Notes: a model not told the origin generated them from the letters alone. Shown: positions 27,765-42,721, counted from the first letter of the stretch. The stretch is DNA of 64,000 nt from Chrysomallon squamiferum (GCA_012295275.1 CM022665.1:43710001-43774000), one strand, 5' to 3'. Made by a program: numbers and translations.

Positions 27765-28405
27765 CAAAGAAAGAATATATCATTTAAAAAGTGTTAAAAA
27801 ACTGTTGTGAATGAATGAATAAAAAATGAACGTGCTAATCAAAGCAAGTTGTAAAGCACGTCTGTGAAAAACCGCACAAACGTAATTTAAATAGGTAACG
27901 TAGGCAATGGCTCAGTCTGTTAAGACTTTTACTTTGGTAACTGGTAAGTAATATGTTTTACACTACAAAATAATTAAATTACATTTTTTTTTTTTTTTTT
28001 TTTAAAATAGTTACTATGTGTCAAATATTCGTTTATTCATATATTTTCGCTACTATAATATTAAACCACAGAAAACGACACACACACACACACGCCTAAC
28101 GAAACGAAGAAGAAAAGAGAAAATTAAAAAAGGAATAAAATAGAAGCCCACGTCATTTACCTAACTTTCCTAACAAATAAACGACACAAAACAACAAAAA
28201 ACACAACAAAAAAACAAAAAAACAAAAACAACAAAAACAACAAAAAAACAACAAAAACAGATAAACATCATTATGCAACAGAAAAACAGTCGGAAACAGC
28301 GACCCCTGTCAGCGACCAGCCTGTCATCACGTGATCAGCGATGGGGAGATAACGCAACTTGACATTTCGGCTGACGAGTAAATCATTGCTCTGCATAATG
28401 TACTG

Positions 28406-28466
28406 TTACGTCCGGAGTTACGACGATGGCGTAACTCCTTACGACAGTGCCGTAACTGCTTACGTA
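28406..28466. repeat. 21-bp tandem repeat of a palindromic TTACG-N7-CGTAA unit
   Basis: TTACG at 28418, 28439 and 28460; GGAGTTACG-acgatgg-CGTAACTCC is a perfect 9-bp inverted repeat. Confidence 0.7.
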
Positions 28467-28810
28467 TATTGTTATTACTGTCACTGGCGGTGGCCCTGCC
28501 AGCGATGTCGTCGGTAATGAGGTGATCATCTGTGCTCCATCAACGTCTTGTCAGTGGAAAGTAAACTTTTATTCGTTTCTATTGACTACGGCGGTAACGA
28601 TCTGTGAGGTAACAGCTACAATGAAAAAACAAGCAGTGTTCTAACATTGGCTATTCTCTCTCTGTCTCGTATTCCCCACCTCGTATTCTATTGTGATTCT
28701 CCTTAACACCACATCCAAACATTTCACCATCCTACGATTATCTGTATATCTCGATGCGGTAATGTTATAGAAGTGTACGCAAACTCTCGGATATTTTTTT
28801 CTCTCTCTCT

Positions 28811-28889
<79 letters not shown>

Positions 28890-29119
28890 ACATGCGTTCT
28901 AAATAAATAAATAGATTAATTAATTAATGAAATATAAAATATTAAAATAAAACAATAAAATAATAGAAATTGAAATGGAATGAAATGAAATAAGAAAGTA
29001 AGTAAATAAGTAAAAAAGTAAATAAACTGAAATGAAAATAAATAAATAAATATGTACAGAGACAAAGATACTGATTACATTTTCTACTTTATGACAGTAC
29101 TTGCTCGGATCGGGGTGCA

Positions 29120-29163
29120 GACAAAATGTCGACGGATAAAATGTCGACGTACATAATGTCACG
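29120..29163. repeat. 15-bp tandem repeat x3 (GACAAAATGTCGACG), probable DNA-transposon subterminal array remnant
   Basis: gacaaaatgtcgacg / gataaaatgtcgacg / tacataatgtc-acg. Confidence 0.6.
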
Positions 29164-30249
29164 GTTGACATTTCGTTTTCTGACTGCTCGATTCGTATTT
29201 TTATGACCACAACTACCATTTCAAGATAAGTAAGACAAAAATAAATAAAAACATAAATAAATGAATCAATGAATGAATGATATTAATATATAAATAATAA
29301 ACGATATTTTATAATTAAATAATATTAAATAAATAGAGAACATATAATTATATTTTAACTTTTCTCTCTAACTCATGTTCTAACAAAACATTGCCTTAGT
29401 TCACTGCAGCAGTGTTTCAAATTGTCAGTGTTTATTTATTTATTTAGTTATTTATTTATTTATTTGTTTGTTTGTTTATGTACTAACTGTCTAGTATTTT
29501 TAAAACCTTGACCAATACATTATAATTCGTAAATTCATAATTTATTTATTCTTTTTTTTTTTTTTTTTATTTAATATCATTCATTATTTATTTAACTGAT
29601 ATCATTCATTCATTTATTCATTATTTATTTAATATCATTCATTATTTAACTGATATCATTCATTCATTCATTTATTTTATTTAGTTATTTATTGTATTTA
29701 CTTTCATTATTTATTTATTTTAAATTACTTTTTCTTTTTCGCCATCGTTTTTCTTCACAGACATATTTTTTTTACATTTTAATTATTTTCAATAAGCCAC
29801 TAATTTACCCATGACTGAGCCTATCATCTAACATTACCACATTATCGGGGTTGTTATTTTTACGTTTTACTTTTTAAAAGTTTAAAGTTTGACGACAGGT
29901 GTGAAGAGCTGGTTTCAATCTGCAGTTGCGTGAAAACCTTTAATGTCTGTCTGAATGTTATCTGTTATCGTGGTAATCCAGATTTCATTAGCGAGTTTTC
30001 TGCCGACCACCCACCAAACGTACAAACATACAAACATACATACAGACAGACAGACAGACAGACAGACAGCAGGTAATTCGGTTACGTCAGTACTTATTGT
30101 TATCCACGTACTCAGATTTTTTTTTTTTTTTTTTTTTTTTTTATTTTTTTTTTTTTTTTTTTTTTTCTGCTCTCCTCTTTTTGCCCCGCCCTGCCACCTT
30201 GTCGAAAACAACACCCTCTGGCAGGTTCAGTGAGTCGATCAGGTTTCAT

Positions 30250-30586
30250 GGGCGGGTCCAGAATTTCTCCAAGGGGGAGGGAGGGGACGCTGTCAGTGAG
30301 TGGGTGTAACTTTAAAGATGAAAATGGTTTTGTTACGGGGAAGAAAATGGTGTCATAAAAGAACCGACAACAAAAACAACAACAACCACAAAAAACAATA
30401 ATAATAATACATACATACATACATACATACATACATACATACATACATACATACATACATGCATGCATGCATAAATACATACATAGATACATACTTAAAT
30501 ACATACATACATACATAAATACATAAATGCATACATGACAAATACATGTATATGACAAAAATATACAAACATATATATACACACAC

Positions 30587-30654
<68 letters not shown>

Positions 30655-30699
30655 GTATGTATGTATGTATGTGTATATATATATATGTATATGTATGTA

Positions 30700-30771
<72 letters not shown>

Positions 30772-30949
30772 TAGATAGATAGATAGACAGATAGATATGC
30801 ATAGTTAGATTAGTGTAAAAAGAATCATTACTTAAATATTAAATAATGAACAGATACGTATTTTTTTACAGAAAAAAAAACAAATCTGGAAAAAAAGGGA
30901 TGAGCCTTTACGCCCTATCCTCCCCCCCACCCCACCCCTGGATCCTCCC
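30250..30949. mobile_element. Old MITE with GGGCGGATCCAG-type TIRs (PIF/Harbinger-like), interior expanded by microsatellites
   Basis: Left GGGCGGGTCCAG (30250-30261) and right CTGGATCCTCCC (30938-30949) are 10/12 reverse-complement matches, with G-rich and C-rich subterminal tracts. Confidence 0.45.
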
Positions 30950-31287
30950 GAAGTGGTTCTGGAAGGATTTATTTTGACTGCAGACGGTTCACACAACATG
31001 GCAGCGACATACAAAATATACAAACTGAAAGCATTAGCTACAGTGTAATAAAAATGTTACCTACATCGTGAGATACATTGTTTTTCTAACGTCTTATCTG
31101 ATAAGAGAGGGTGCAGAAAGCTGAATAAATAGCGTAATGTGTGGCAAAACAGCACAATGTTAGTTGTTGTGTGTTTTTTTTTTTTTTTTGCTTCTTGAAA
31201 GACGTGAAAGATTCCTCTTCCACAGCTGTATTTCGGAAGAGGATAACAATCTCTTTTGTATGTGTGTTTTAAATGTGTGTGTGTGTG

Positions 31288-31381
<94 letters not shown>

Positions 31382-33403
31382 TTATACACACACACACACA
31401 CACAAATATATATATGTATATGTATGGTATGAGTGTAAATATATACTCATACAAACATTGATATAGAGATAATTATATAGGAAAAAAAAAAAAGATTTAG
31501 ACTGAGATAGACAGATAAATAAAGAAAGTCTGTATATAAATATTAAATAAGAGTATTTATATATAAATGTGTTTGAGAGAGGGAGATAAAGAGATTGAAA
31601 AAGAAAGATGGAAATATAGATAAATACACAAACACACACATTCATTCACATCTGTATACAAGCATGCACATACACATATCCTTAACACATAATTACAAAC
31701 ACAAAGGAAAACGTACAGTTACATCCATGTATAATAAAAGTAAATATGCAACACTGGAACATAAATAAAAGATGAAGCAAAATGATTACTTCTAGATTCG
31801 ACCGTTCATTTTCTTTCGTTTCGAATTTTATGTCATTTTATGTCAAACTGATTAGAATGGGAAAAACAATAGAAAGATTAGTATCGATATGAAAAAGTAG
31901 ATTCTATTAAGATTTTTGCCGAATATATATATATAAAACAATTAAAAAACATAAAATTAATTTAACATGAAGTTGGGGAAGAAAACCAGACCAACGGAAA
32001 GATATAATGTACTGCGAGTGTAAATAAAGAGTCAGGGACAGAAATATGAGGGACAAACATAAGGAACAGGGATAGATATAAGCACTAGATAAAAAGTCTG
32101 CGAAAGGATATGATTTCAGACGATAGAAATGTTCGTGATTGAATGGGGGTTAACGTTTCACACGCAATTCAGTTGTTCTAGCGATAATCTACGTGTTTTG
32201 TGTGTTTTTTTCCAGCGAGTGTCCAAATGTATTTAGAATTCTAGGAATGACGGAGCAAACCAAGCACGCATTTAATACACAGTTAACTTTACCACGAGGC
32301 ACGGGAAGAATGGTTAGAAACATGTTTTTCTAGCGAAACATCTCCACAAGCTGTTTTTTGTCGTCTGATGATTTGACGTTGAGGTTTGTGGGAGGAGCTA
32401 AAGTCTCGCACTTGCACGTGATCATTTTCCGCGGGTTTTGCGATTCGAAGAAACGGGACTGACTTAATCAATCCGTCTGTCCAATCGCTTTGCTTTTAAA
32501 CATCCTCTTCGTCTGATTAATGTGTTTTTTTTTTTTCTTTCGTTCTTTTTTTTTTCCGGGTCTGTTATTTTAGACCGGTGGGAAAAACACAGCAATCGGA
32601 CACTGTAAATTTAACGTCCCATAAGCAGCCAGGTCATTTGTGTCAGAGTGAGCCTCGCTTCCGTATGTGAAGGTCAAACAAACATGTCAGATGACAAGAG
32701 AGAACAACTGTCATTGGTTATTTATGACATGTTATCTGTACAGCAGTTTACGCTTGCTGTTTGTGATGGGTATTGTTAGCTGTCTCGTTCAACAAAAAAC
32801 AATACTGGTTTAGCTTTGTTGTTCCAACGAATATTGTTAATCAGACAAATTTATGTGTTTCCTGCATGCTGTCGCACATATACATACGTATACCTATCTG
32901 TCTATTTATCTATCGAGATATATTGGCTTACATATATAAATCATTTTACTGACATCGTTGTTAAGGAAAAAAAAATAATTTGTTGCTCTCTTATACTTTT
33001 TTTTTTTTTTTTTTTACCAGTTTTATTATTAAAATTAGTGATAGTCTTGCTAATAATGTGAATTATTTATTCGTCTATTCTGTGGTATATATATATATAT
33101 ATATTCTACATTTTTAAAACTAGAGCGTGTAAATAAAAAAAATATAAATTTATTCCTTTGTTTTGTCGACTATTTGTAAATTTGTAACTTAATACATATC
33201 CATGTGTCCATCAACTTACTTGTTTATATTCATGATGTATTCTTACTTACTTAATTTCATACTTACCTTCTGTATCTGTAGGTCTTTAATTATCTGTGTT
33301 AGTCTTTGTCTGTCTGCCAGTCTGTCAGTCTGGTTATCTTTCTGTTTGTATGCCTGTATATATATATGTCTGTACATCATCTGTCTGTATATGTGTCTGT
33401 TTA

Positions 33404-33439
<36 letters not shown>

Positions 33440-33459
33440 TCGACACACACATATATGTA

Positions 33460-33493
<34 letters not shown>

Positions 33494-34330
33494 GATAGAT
33501 AGAGATAGATAGATAAGTAGATAGATAGATAGACAGATAGATAAATAAGTAGATAGATAGATAGACAGATAGATAAATAAGTAGATAGATAGATAGACTG
33601 GGAGACAGACAGACAGACAGATGGATAGACAGACATATAGACAGACAGATAGACAGATAGACATATAGACAGACAGACAGACAGACAGACAGATAGATGC
33701 AAATTAGGCGTCTTTATTGAACTTTGAGAGAAAATGGAGAAGTTTCAGAACGGCTGACTGACTAATTGAATCATGGGACTCTTGTTTACCCTTCTTCTTT
33801 CGCAGTGTGAAAACAGAGCCACTCGGCGTCAATCTTATCGATGTAAGTGTTAAAACAACACGAAGGGAATTGTTAGAAACACACCTTTGGTAGCTACAGA
33901 CATATAATATACTGTGTCTGTGTTACGTGGATCTGTTACGCTCATACGCCCAGAAGAGAATGCTACTCCTCACAGGATCCACATTTTGTAAACAGGAGAA
34001 TGTCGAGCAATACCTCTACGTTTCCCCTAATCGGCAGTTTGTTTCGTTTCTGTAAATGATGTGTTAGAGTTGTCACCCTTTTGTGTGTGTGACAGGTGGC
34101 GTTCGGTGATGGCGGTAATGGATGGGATGTGTGGCAAAGAAAAATATAGTAATAATAAAATAAAATAATAAATAAATAAATAAATAAATAAATAAAATAA
34201 CAAATAAATAACAAATAATTGTAACGGTTCGTAATTAAACAGTGACATAATTAAGTAGCTATCTTTCTTTAAAAATTACTTTATCTTATATCTTAAGAAT
34301 TTGTTTTTTTATCTTATTTTTCATTATTAA

Positions 34331-34373
<43 letters not shown>

Positions 34374-34469
34374 TTAATTTACTATATGAAGTGATTAATT
34401 CACTGGCTTCAAGTTAGTAGCAGGTATCAAGATTCGATCTTGACACGAGGATCGTTTGCATCAACATCT

Positions 34470-34520
<51 letters not shown>

Positions 34521-34705
34521 GTCTAATCTTCCCAACACACAAACACTAACACAGTCTCGTTTAGATAACGTAGCTTTCACTTCACGGACACGAGAAAAAA
34601 CGTATTTGAACTCTCCACGATGTAAAAATATGGTTCAGATGAGATAACAGAGATAAATTCCCTTTAAGGAAATTTTATGTGTCAGAAGACTAAAACGATA
34701 ACGAG

Positions 34706-34738
<33 letters not shown>

Positions 34739-35214
34739 GTTAAAAAAGACAAAAAAAAAGACAATGGTTTCTTTATTCACGTATCTGATGATCTGGATAA
34801 TTTGCATCAGGCAAGGAGTTATCGTTCTTTTGGTATTTACACATGGCGTGTTTGTGTGATTACGCAGATGCTTGTGGATTCCGTTACGTACTGAGATATG
34901 ACACAAAATGTCGTAATTGTTTGATGTGTGTCTGTGTCTGAGTCTGAATTTATGTTTCTGTTAAAGTCATATAAGTGTACTGTGCTGCGTCATACGTGTG
35001 TACTCATGCACGTGCATACATACATGCACACTCGCAAAGTCATGCGTGCATACATTAATACATGTAGTAACAATAATAATAATAATAATGATAACAACAA
35101 CAATAATAATAATAATAATAATAATATTAATGTTTATAAAAGATACGTACATACACACATACAGACACATATACGTATATACATACATTGATATATTCAT
35201 AAATCCATCCATAC

Positions 35215-35480
35215 AAGCAATACAGTACAGTACAGTACAATACAGTGCAATACAATACAATATAATAATACAATAATACAATACAGTAATACAATACAGT
35301 AATACAATACAATGATACAATACAATAATACAACACAATAATACAACACAATAATATAATACAATACAACAATACAATACAATAATATACTACACTACAC
35401 TACAATACAATAAAACAATAAAATAATACAATACAATAATACACTACAATACAAATACAATACAATACAATACAGAACAC
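35215..35480. repeat. Degenerate (TACAA/TACAG)n pentanucleotide satellite
   Basis: Direct reading. Confidence 0.85.
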
Positions 35481-36212
35481 CACAATACATGCAAACACAT
35501 GTGTTAACATGCAGCAAACTGTAAGGCTGAAATTTTATCTCTTTGTTTTTCAGTTCCGGCATTTCTCCTCTTCTTTTTAAAATCTTTTTTCTTTTTCTCC
35601 TATGTATTTTTTTTTAATTTTTAATTTTTATTTTTTTTAAAAAGCACAAAGATCCTTCACGGAAGACATTTTTCCCACCGAACTGTTTACAGTTGGAGTT
35701 GTTGTGGGAGTACGAAGATGACGTCGAACACGTGTTGCAACATTCAACGCCGACTCCGTCAGTTTTTCCCAAAGAAGCGCGTACACGTGTGAACGCTCGC
35801 GCAGTGCAGACACATGGCGCATGCACGCAAAACAACCTTTTACTGGAGGGAAAAACAGAAGAAAAAAAAAAAAAAATGAAGAAGAAAAATAGAAAAAGGA
35901 AAAAAGAAAGAAAGGAAAGAAAGATGCATTAGTTCTTAGGTTTCTGAAGTGATTTTACGTTTGAGAATTCGACATTATTATTTTTTATTATTTTTTTTTA
36001 ATTTTTTTCAGTCGTGTGAAAAATGACAAGACTTCGGTTCGGTTAGCGACCTGAGGCAACAAGTTACGTCGTGGTTTGAGCTGTGGATGATGCGCTGAGG
36101 GTTTTAGGATCGATCCGTGATAGTGGAAGCTTTGAGATATTTTCATTTGTTTTACGTTCCACAGAGAATAGAATTACAGAATGGAATTAAATGAGATATG
36201 TAGTGTTTTAGT

Positions 36213-36288
<76 letters not shown>

Positions 36289-36612
36289 GAAGAAGAAGAA
36301 TGATATAACAAGAAAAATAACCAAAAACATAGAAATAAATTGTAAAAACAAAAATCAATCAAATTTTCAAACAAAAAAAAACAATATTTCATCAATATTA
36401 CTATAGCAATAATAGCAACAAAAGTAATAGGTAGTAGTAGTAGCAGTGGTAGTAGTAGTAGTATTAATAGTAAATGGTAATAATAACGATAATGATAAAA
36501 ATGATTAATAATGATGATGAGAATAATAAAAACGAAATAACAGATACATATATATGTATATATACATATACATATGTTTATATATACATATTTTCTTTAT
36601 ACACACACATAT

Positions 36613-36685
<73 letters not shown>

Positions 36686-37167
36686 TATATATATAAATAT
36701 ATTACATAACCCCATTCTCTCCTCTTTCACTTTCAACCCTCTTCTTCTTCTCCTTCTCTTCCTCTTTGCACCAGATGCTAATCTTATCTACAGAGAAAAA
36801 TAAAACATAAATTTTAAATTTTTCGACAGTTGAAGAACTAATTTGCCTTCTGGTGTCTGGATTTCATTTGTTTGTAATAAATATGCCACGACGCTTTGAT
36901 TTTTCCCATGTAACGTTGTTGTTACACATCTGCCGGGCGAGCGAGGAAAAGCGAAAAACACATTCCTCCAGCAGACGTCTCTGCCAATGACGTGAGCGCG
37001 ACCCGGACCGTGGGAACGCACGTGCTTTCCGTGCGCCCCGGAACGTGTATGACGCAGCGTGTTGACGATTTATTAATGTTATATCATTGGGGGTTATTTT
37101 TTTTTTTTTTTTTGTTTGTTGTGTGCATGTAGGAAGGAAATTGGTATATTCTTTATGTGTGTGTGTT

Positions 37168-37232
<65 letters not shown>

Positions 37233-37594
37233 TTACTGTTTTCATTGTAAGCAAATACAGAAGGTTGTAATATGTGTTAATTTTCAAATTATAAAGATTA
37301 AGAATAATTCAGTTCTAAAATTTTCAGTTCCTGTTTAATTACACTTATAAGTATGTATATGATATATTCTTAAATATTTTAAATTTTAGAATAAATAAGC
37401 AGAATTACATAGATTTTATTATTTTATTATGATTATAATTATAATTATTATTATTATTATTATTATAATTATTAACACCGGATCTGACATTTACTGCGGA
37501 CTGATATGCGCGGCGTGACTTTCAGCATGGAGTAGTCTCCCGTCGAAACGTTCTCACAGCCAGTGAGGCGAAGACTGTATCGCGGCTCTTACAG

Positions 37595-37661
37595 GGGTCA
37601 GCCGAGGTCACGTGAAAAAGAAAAAACGTCATAAAAAAACGTCATAAAAGACGTCATAAAA
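37595..37661. promoter_or_regulatory. DR4 nuclear-receptor element + overlapping E-box + triple CGTCATAAAA
   Basis: GGGTCA-GCCG-AGGTCA at 37595-37610; CACGTG 37609; CGTCATAAAA x3 at 37627-37661. Confidence 0.5.
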
Positions 37662-38334
37662 GCTATCTGGGTGTATATTACGATACACGAGTACGTGTAT
37701 CTTTTGTAACCGTATCCTGGCAACGTTACTTTCCAGATTCATGCTTGATCGACGCGAATTAAAAACACCGTATCTCTCTTTCTCTCTCTTTCTCATTGAC
37801 GCCATTTTGTTTTATAATTTTAAAGAATTCTTTTTATTTTTTTTATTTTTATTTTTTTATTTATTTTTTACTTTCTATATAAAACAGATGTTGCGCTTGG
37901 CATGTTGGTTATTCACCGCGTGGCGCTCAAGTCAGATAACACTGGCATTTCAAAACCCATGTGACAAACTTTAACTGTGTTGACATTAAAGCGAAAACAA
38001 AATGAAGTGGGGGTGTGTGTAAGATACGTATTTGATATATGTATATGTATATATAATATATGTGTGTGGGTGTGGGCGGATGAGTGTATATGTGCATGTA
38101 TATGTGTCTGGGGAATATGTAAAAAAAATAAAAAAATATATATATATGTGTGTGTGTACGTAAATTATAATAATTGTAATATGTTTATATGTAAAGGAAG
38201 GACAACCGGTTGAAAAAAGATAACGAAGGAGCGAAAAAGGAAGTGTGAGAGACAAAGTTGGATAGAAAAAGAAAATATAGAAAGAGAGATAGAGAGAACA
38301 TTGGAAAGAGAAATACAGAACCTGAAAGGCATAG

Positions 38335-38396
38335 GGAGCTAGAGAGAGAGAGAGAGAGAGAGTGTGTATTTGTGTGTGTGTGTAAGCGAGAGAAAC

Positions 38397-38453
<57 letters not shown>

Positions 38454-38569
38454 TATTTGTGTGTGTGTGTGTGTATTTGTGTGTGTAAGCGAGAGAAAGT
38501 AGAAGCCAGAGAGAGAGATAGAGATAGTGTATTTGTGTGTATGTGTGAGAGAGAGAGAGAGAGTGTATT

Positions 38570-38640
<71 letters not shown>
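38335..38640. repeat. Higher-order compound microsatellite [(GA)n-GTGTATTT-(GT)n-(AAGCGAGAGAAA)]
   Basis: The GTGTATTTGTGTG junction recurs about 5 times and AAGCGAGAGAAA twice. Confidence 0.8.
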
Positions 38641-39203
38641 AGCGTAGTACATCCAAATATCAACGTCAAATTATTAACTTTATTTTCACAAGTGATCATC
38701 ACACACACAACAAGCAGTCACACTACAACCACTTAGTAACGTGTTTTATTTTTCTTCACCACAAACATTTTCTCCTCACCGCACGATGCTGTCAGTGTTT
38801 GGTCGCAATTGCTAACACGCCAGCACCGCGTACGTAGGAAATACCTCTGTGAGTAGACGTCTTTACGTGACTGAAGAGAAAAAAGAATTTTTGACATAAC
38901 GCAAGAGATGGCGCGTTGATTCAGTTAAATAATAATTAAAACAAAATGATCTTGTTTATGTATATCTATCTGTCGGTTCTTTGATCTGTCAGGTTATGTT
39001 TGTATTGCTGCGTCTCCAGTCCGTTCTTTCATGTTGATTTTTTTTTTTTTTTTTTTTTTTGTATATTTTTGGTTTCAGTTTGTTTTATCTCATTTTGTTT
39101 CATTCATTCATTTGTTCAGACTTTCTTTTTATTTATTTGTTTTTTTATTCGTTTATTAAATTTCATGTATTACTTCAGTTTGAATAAATGTTTTAGCATT
39201 CAT

Positions 39204-39249
<46 letters not shown>

Positions 39250-39401
39250 CCATCTTTCCATCCATCCATATATACACTCATACATACATACATACATACA
39301 ATACATACCCCATATAATACATACAAATGTACTTACTGCATGCATACATATAAACAGACATACACATACATACATACATATACACATATATACATACATA
39401 C

Positions 39402-39446
<45 letters not shown>

Positions 39447-39624
39447 TACACATACAATACATACATAACACACACGCATACAATACGATACATATACAAC
39501 AACATCGACAACAGCAGTCTCAATGACAAAAAAAAAAACACTATATAAGCAAACTGAATGAATAAATTAACAAAAGATTAGAATCTGAACAGAAATCTTC
39601 GACATTAAAACCTCCTCTGTCAAT

Positions 39625-39927
39625 CACTGATTAACATATTTTGAGTTCCATAAACTGTTATTGTTTACGCACGGTTCCGGTGGTCACGGCTATCGGTCTA
39701 ATAGCTACCACTTGTCGCTGTCTGGCTGTTATTTGATCACTCAAACAGACTGAGTGGTCTAAAAGACCTGGACGCTCGCTGTTTATGTAAACTTACGGTC
39801 GTTCATCGTGTCATGGTGTTTCGCTGACGGTTTAAGAAATGTTAATATAAAACAGATTCTGAATTTAGATTGCTGGTCAGCAAAGTTTTAGTATTTGTTT
39901 TCTTTGTTGGCTGTGTATAGACAAACG
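39625..39927 (+). repeat. Copy A of locally triplicated element
   Basis: Core 39681-39816 differs from 40389-40524 at 5 of 136 positions; the downstream flank is roughly 70% similar; the upstream flank matches the reverse complement of 41760-41804. Confidence 0.9.
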
Positions 39928-39993
39928 TTATCATCGTTGTGTCTCTGTGTCAGATTTCAGGCTTTATTTTTGTAATAGTTTGTTCTGATTAGC

Positions 39994-40097
<104 letters not shown>

Positions 40098-40200
40098 GAT
40101 TATATTTAGCATCATCTTTCAAAATTTTAAAATTAACAAATACACGAACATATTATTAGTATACGTTTGAAATTAAAACATAAAAACAGACAATTGAATT

Positions 40201-40312
40201 AAATTATCTATCAAATTTGTACATAAAATATTAAAGTAATAAATTATCTATCAAATTTATACATGAAATATTAACATAATACATTATCTATCAGATTTAT
40301 GCATAAAATAGT
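40201..40312. repeat. 40-bp tandem repeat x~2.8
   Basis: AAATTATCTATCAAATTTGTACATAAAATATTAAAGTAAT variants start at 40201, 40241 and 40281. Confidence 0.85.
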
Positions 40313-40374
40313 GGAAAAGAAGATACATTCATTTATTGACTCAATCGTTTCACTATGTACATCTGTAGGTGTTA

Positions 40375-41805
40375 CACATATTTCCAGTTGGTCACGGCTA
40401 TCGGTCTAATAGCTACCACTTGTCGCTGTCTGGCTGTTATTTGATCACTCAAACAGGCTGAGTGGTCTAAAAGACCTGGCCGCTCGCTGTTTACGTAAAC
40501 TTACGGTCGTTGATCGTGTCACGGATTTTGCCGATCGTTTTAATTAAGACGTTGGCTGGACATTTTAATACAAAACACATTTTAAAGTTAGTCTGGTGGT
40601 CAGCAAAATTTAAATATTTGTTTTCTTTTAACAGCTATGTAAACACACGACTGTTAGACGCGGCGAGTGAGCGGTATCCTACCATTTCTTACACGTGCCT
40701 TTTATTACTCAATTTAAAACGACAGGTGTCTTGGTTCTTTGGTTTGGTGGCTGGAACACTAGATTCAGACGTGATAGACTGCAGGATCGGTTCTCTTTGG
40801 TATCCGAAATTTCTATTTATACATTGTGTACGTCTGTGTATTTATAATTTTCTTTATGTATATCTGGGGAAAGCTTTCAAAGTTTTTTTAAAATATAAAA
40901 ATCAAAACAAAAACAAGAAAACTGTCAAATTTATTTGTTTTTCCATTTAATAAAAATTTTATTTAATTTTATTTATTTATTTATTTATTTATTTCGTTTA
41001 TTAAGAAAATAAAATAATGTACAAATTTATTTGAGCCATTTGATTGTTGATTTGCTAACGAAAATCAATCAAACAAACAAATAAATATTTGATTCTTTTA
41101 ATTAAATTTAAATAAATAAATAAAATTAAATAAAATTTAATTTAATTAAAGTTTAAATAAACAAAAAAACCAAATAAAATTAACAAATCTTTTGTTTTAT
41201 TTAGTTTCAACAAAAATTTGTCATTTCTAATTTTTACATAAAGAAAATTTAAGCAGGAAAATCTTTGAAAGGCACCTCCCCGGAGACAGGGGAAAATATA
41301 TTATAATCTTTGACACATCGATCGTTGAACAGTGTACGAAATAGAAATTTCGGATAGCAAAGAGAACCGATCCTGCAGTCTATCACGTCTGAATCTAGCC
41401 AAACCAAAGAACCAAGACACATGTCGTTTTAAATTGAGTAATAAAAGGAGAGTAAGAAATGGTAGGACCAACGCAAATTAACCAACGACTAACAGTCGTT
41501 TGTTTTCTTAGTTGTTAAAAGAAAACAAATATTTAAATTTTGCTGACCACCAGACTAACTTTAAAATGTGTTTTGCATTAAAATGTCCAGCCAACGTCTT
41601 AATTAAAACGATCGGCAAAATCCGTGACACGATCAACGATCGTAAGTTTACGTAAACAGCGAGCGGCCAGGTCTTTTAGACCACTCAGTCTGTTTGAATG
41701 ATCAAATAACAGCCAGACAGCGACAAGTGGTAGCTATTAGACAGATAGCCGTGACCACTGGAACTGTGCGCAAATAATAACATTTCAAAATACGTTAATC
41801 AGTGT
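40375..41805. repeat. ~1.4-kb imperfect palindrome (copies B and C), centre ~41057
   Basis: 40383-40818 is the reverse complement of 41339-41762 (long identical blocks, one diverged patch, a few small indels). Weaker symmetry continues inward to the apex TTGATTT-gctaacga-AAATCAA. Confidence 0.92.
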
Positions 41806-41965
41806 TTAAGTGTCTTAATAATTATTCGAGTAGATATTATTTATTTTTTTTTTTTTTGTGTTTTTTGTTTGTTTTTTAAAAAAAAAGACTTTTGAAAACG
41901 TTTTGAAATTTCATATTTTGTAAGACTTGAAAATTCTTCTTCATATTTTTCTTCTTCTTCTTCTT

Positions 41966-41996
<31 letters not shown>

Positions 41997-42665
41997 TTAT
42001 TATTTCTAATCAGTGTATAAAGATGCCTGTCCAGTCTTGATTTCTGTCCAAACAAACGCGATTTCAAAGCGTAAAATTGTCAACGAACATTTAAAATCCC
42101 TGTCGTCAAAATCTAAGCGAACCAAAAGTAAAGAGTCAAAATGACAACAGCTAAAATTTCAAAGTTTTATTTCTGAAATTTTTGTAATGTTACACTAATC
42201 TTCCACTCAAACCATAAAACATTAAATTCAACATCTGGATCCTTTAAATGCCATTCTCTGAGGTCGCATTTTACTTTTAATACAATTCCCTCATCAGTAA
42301 CCTAAGTATAAGATTCACTAATTATTATTATTTTGTTTTTAAATTTTATCAATTATATTCTATCGAAAATATTTTTTATTTTTCATTCTTGTAGTAACAT
42401 TAACATACATCGGTGTTTACACTGTATTTGTTAATTAATATTATGTTTTCATTTGTAATTAAATGACATTGTAACGTCTATTTTATCAGATACAATCCTT
42501 TTAAATTCATCATCATCATCATCTCATCATCATCATCATTATTATCATTATTATTATTATTTCAGAGAAGAAAATTATTATTCATCATCATCATCATCAT
42601 CATCATTTCATGATTATTTCATCATCATTAATCATAATCCATTATTATCATCATCATCATCATCA

Positions 42666-42721
<56 letters not shown>

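Noticed and set aside
39681-39816. Assignment of the triplicated core to 7SK, snoRNA or snRNA
   Set aside because: Only loose word similarity (TCTGGCTG..GATC); no diagnostic boxes, Sm site or clear Pol III terminator.
40510-40950. 146-aa ORF in palindrome arm as a transposase remnant
   Set aside because: No transposase motifs; the mirrored arm has indels in this region.
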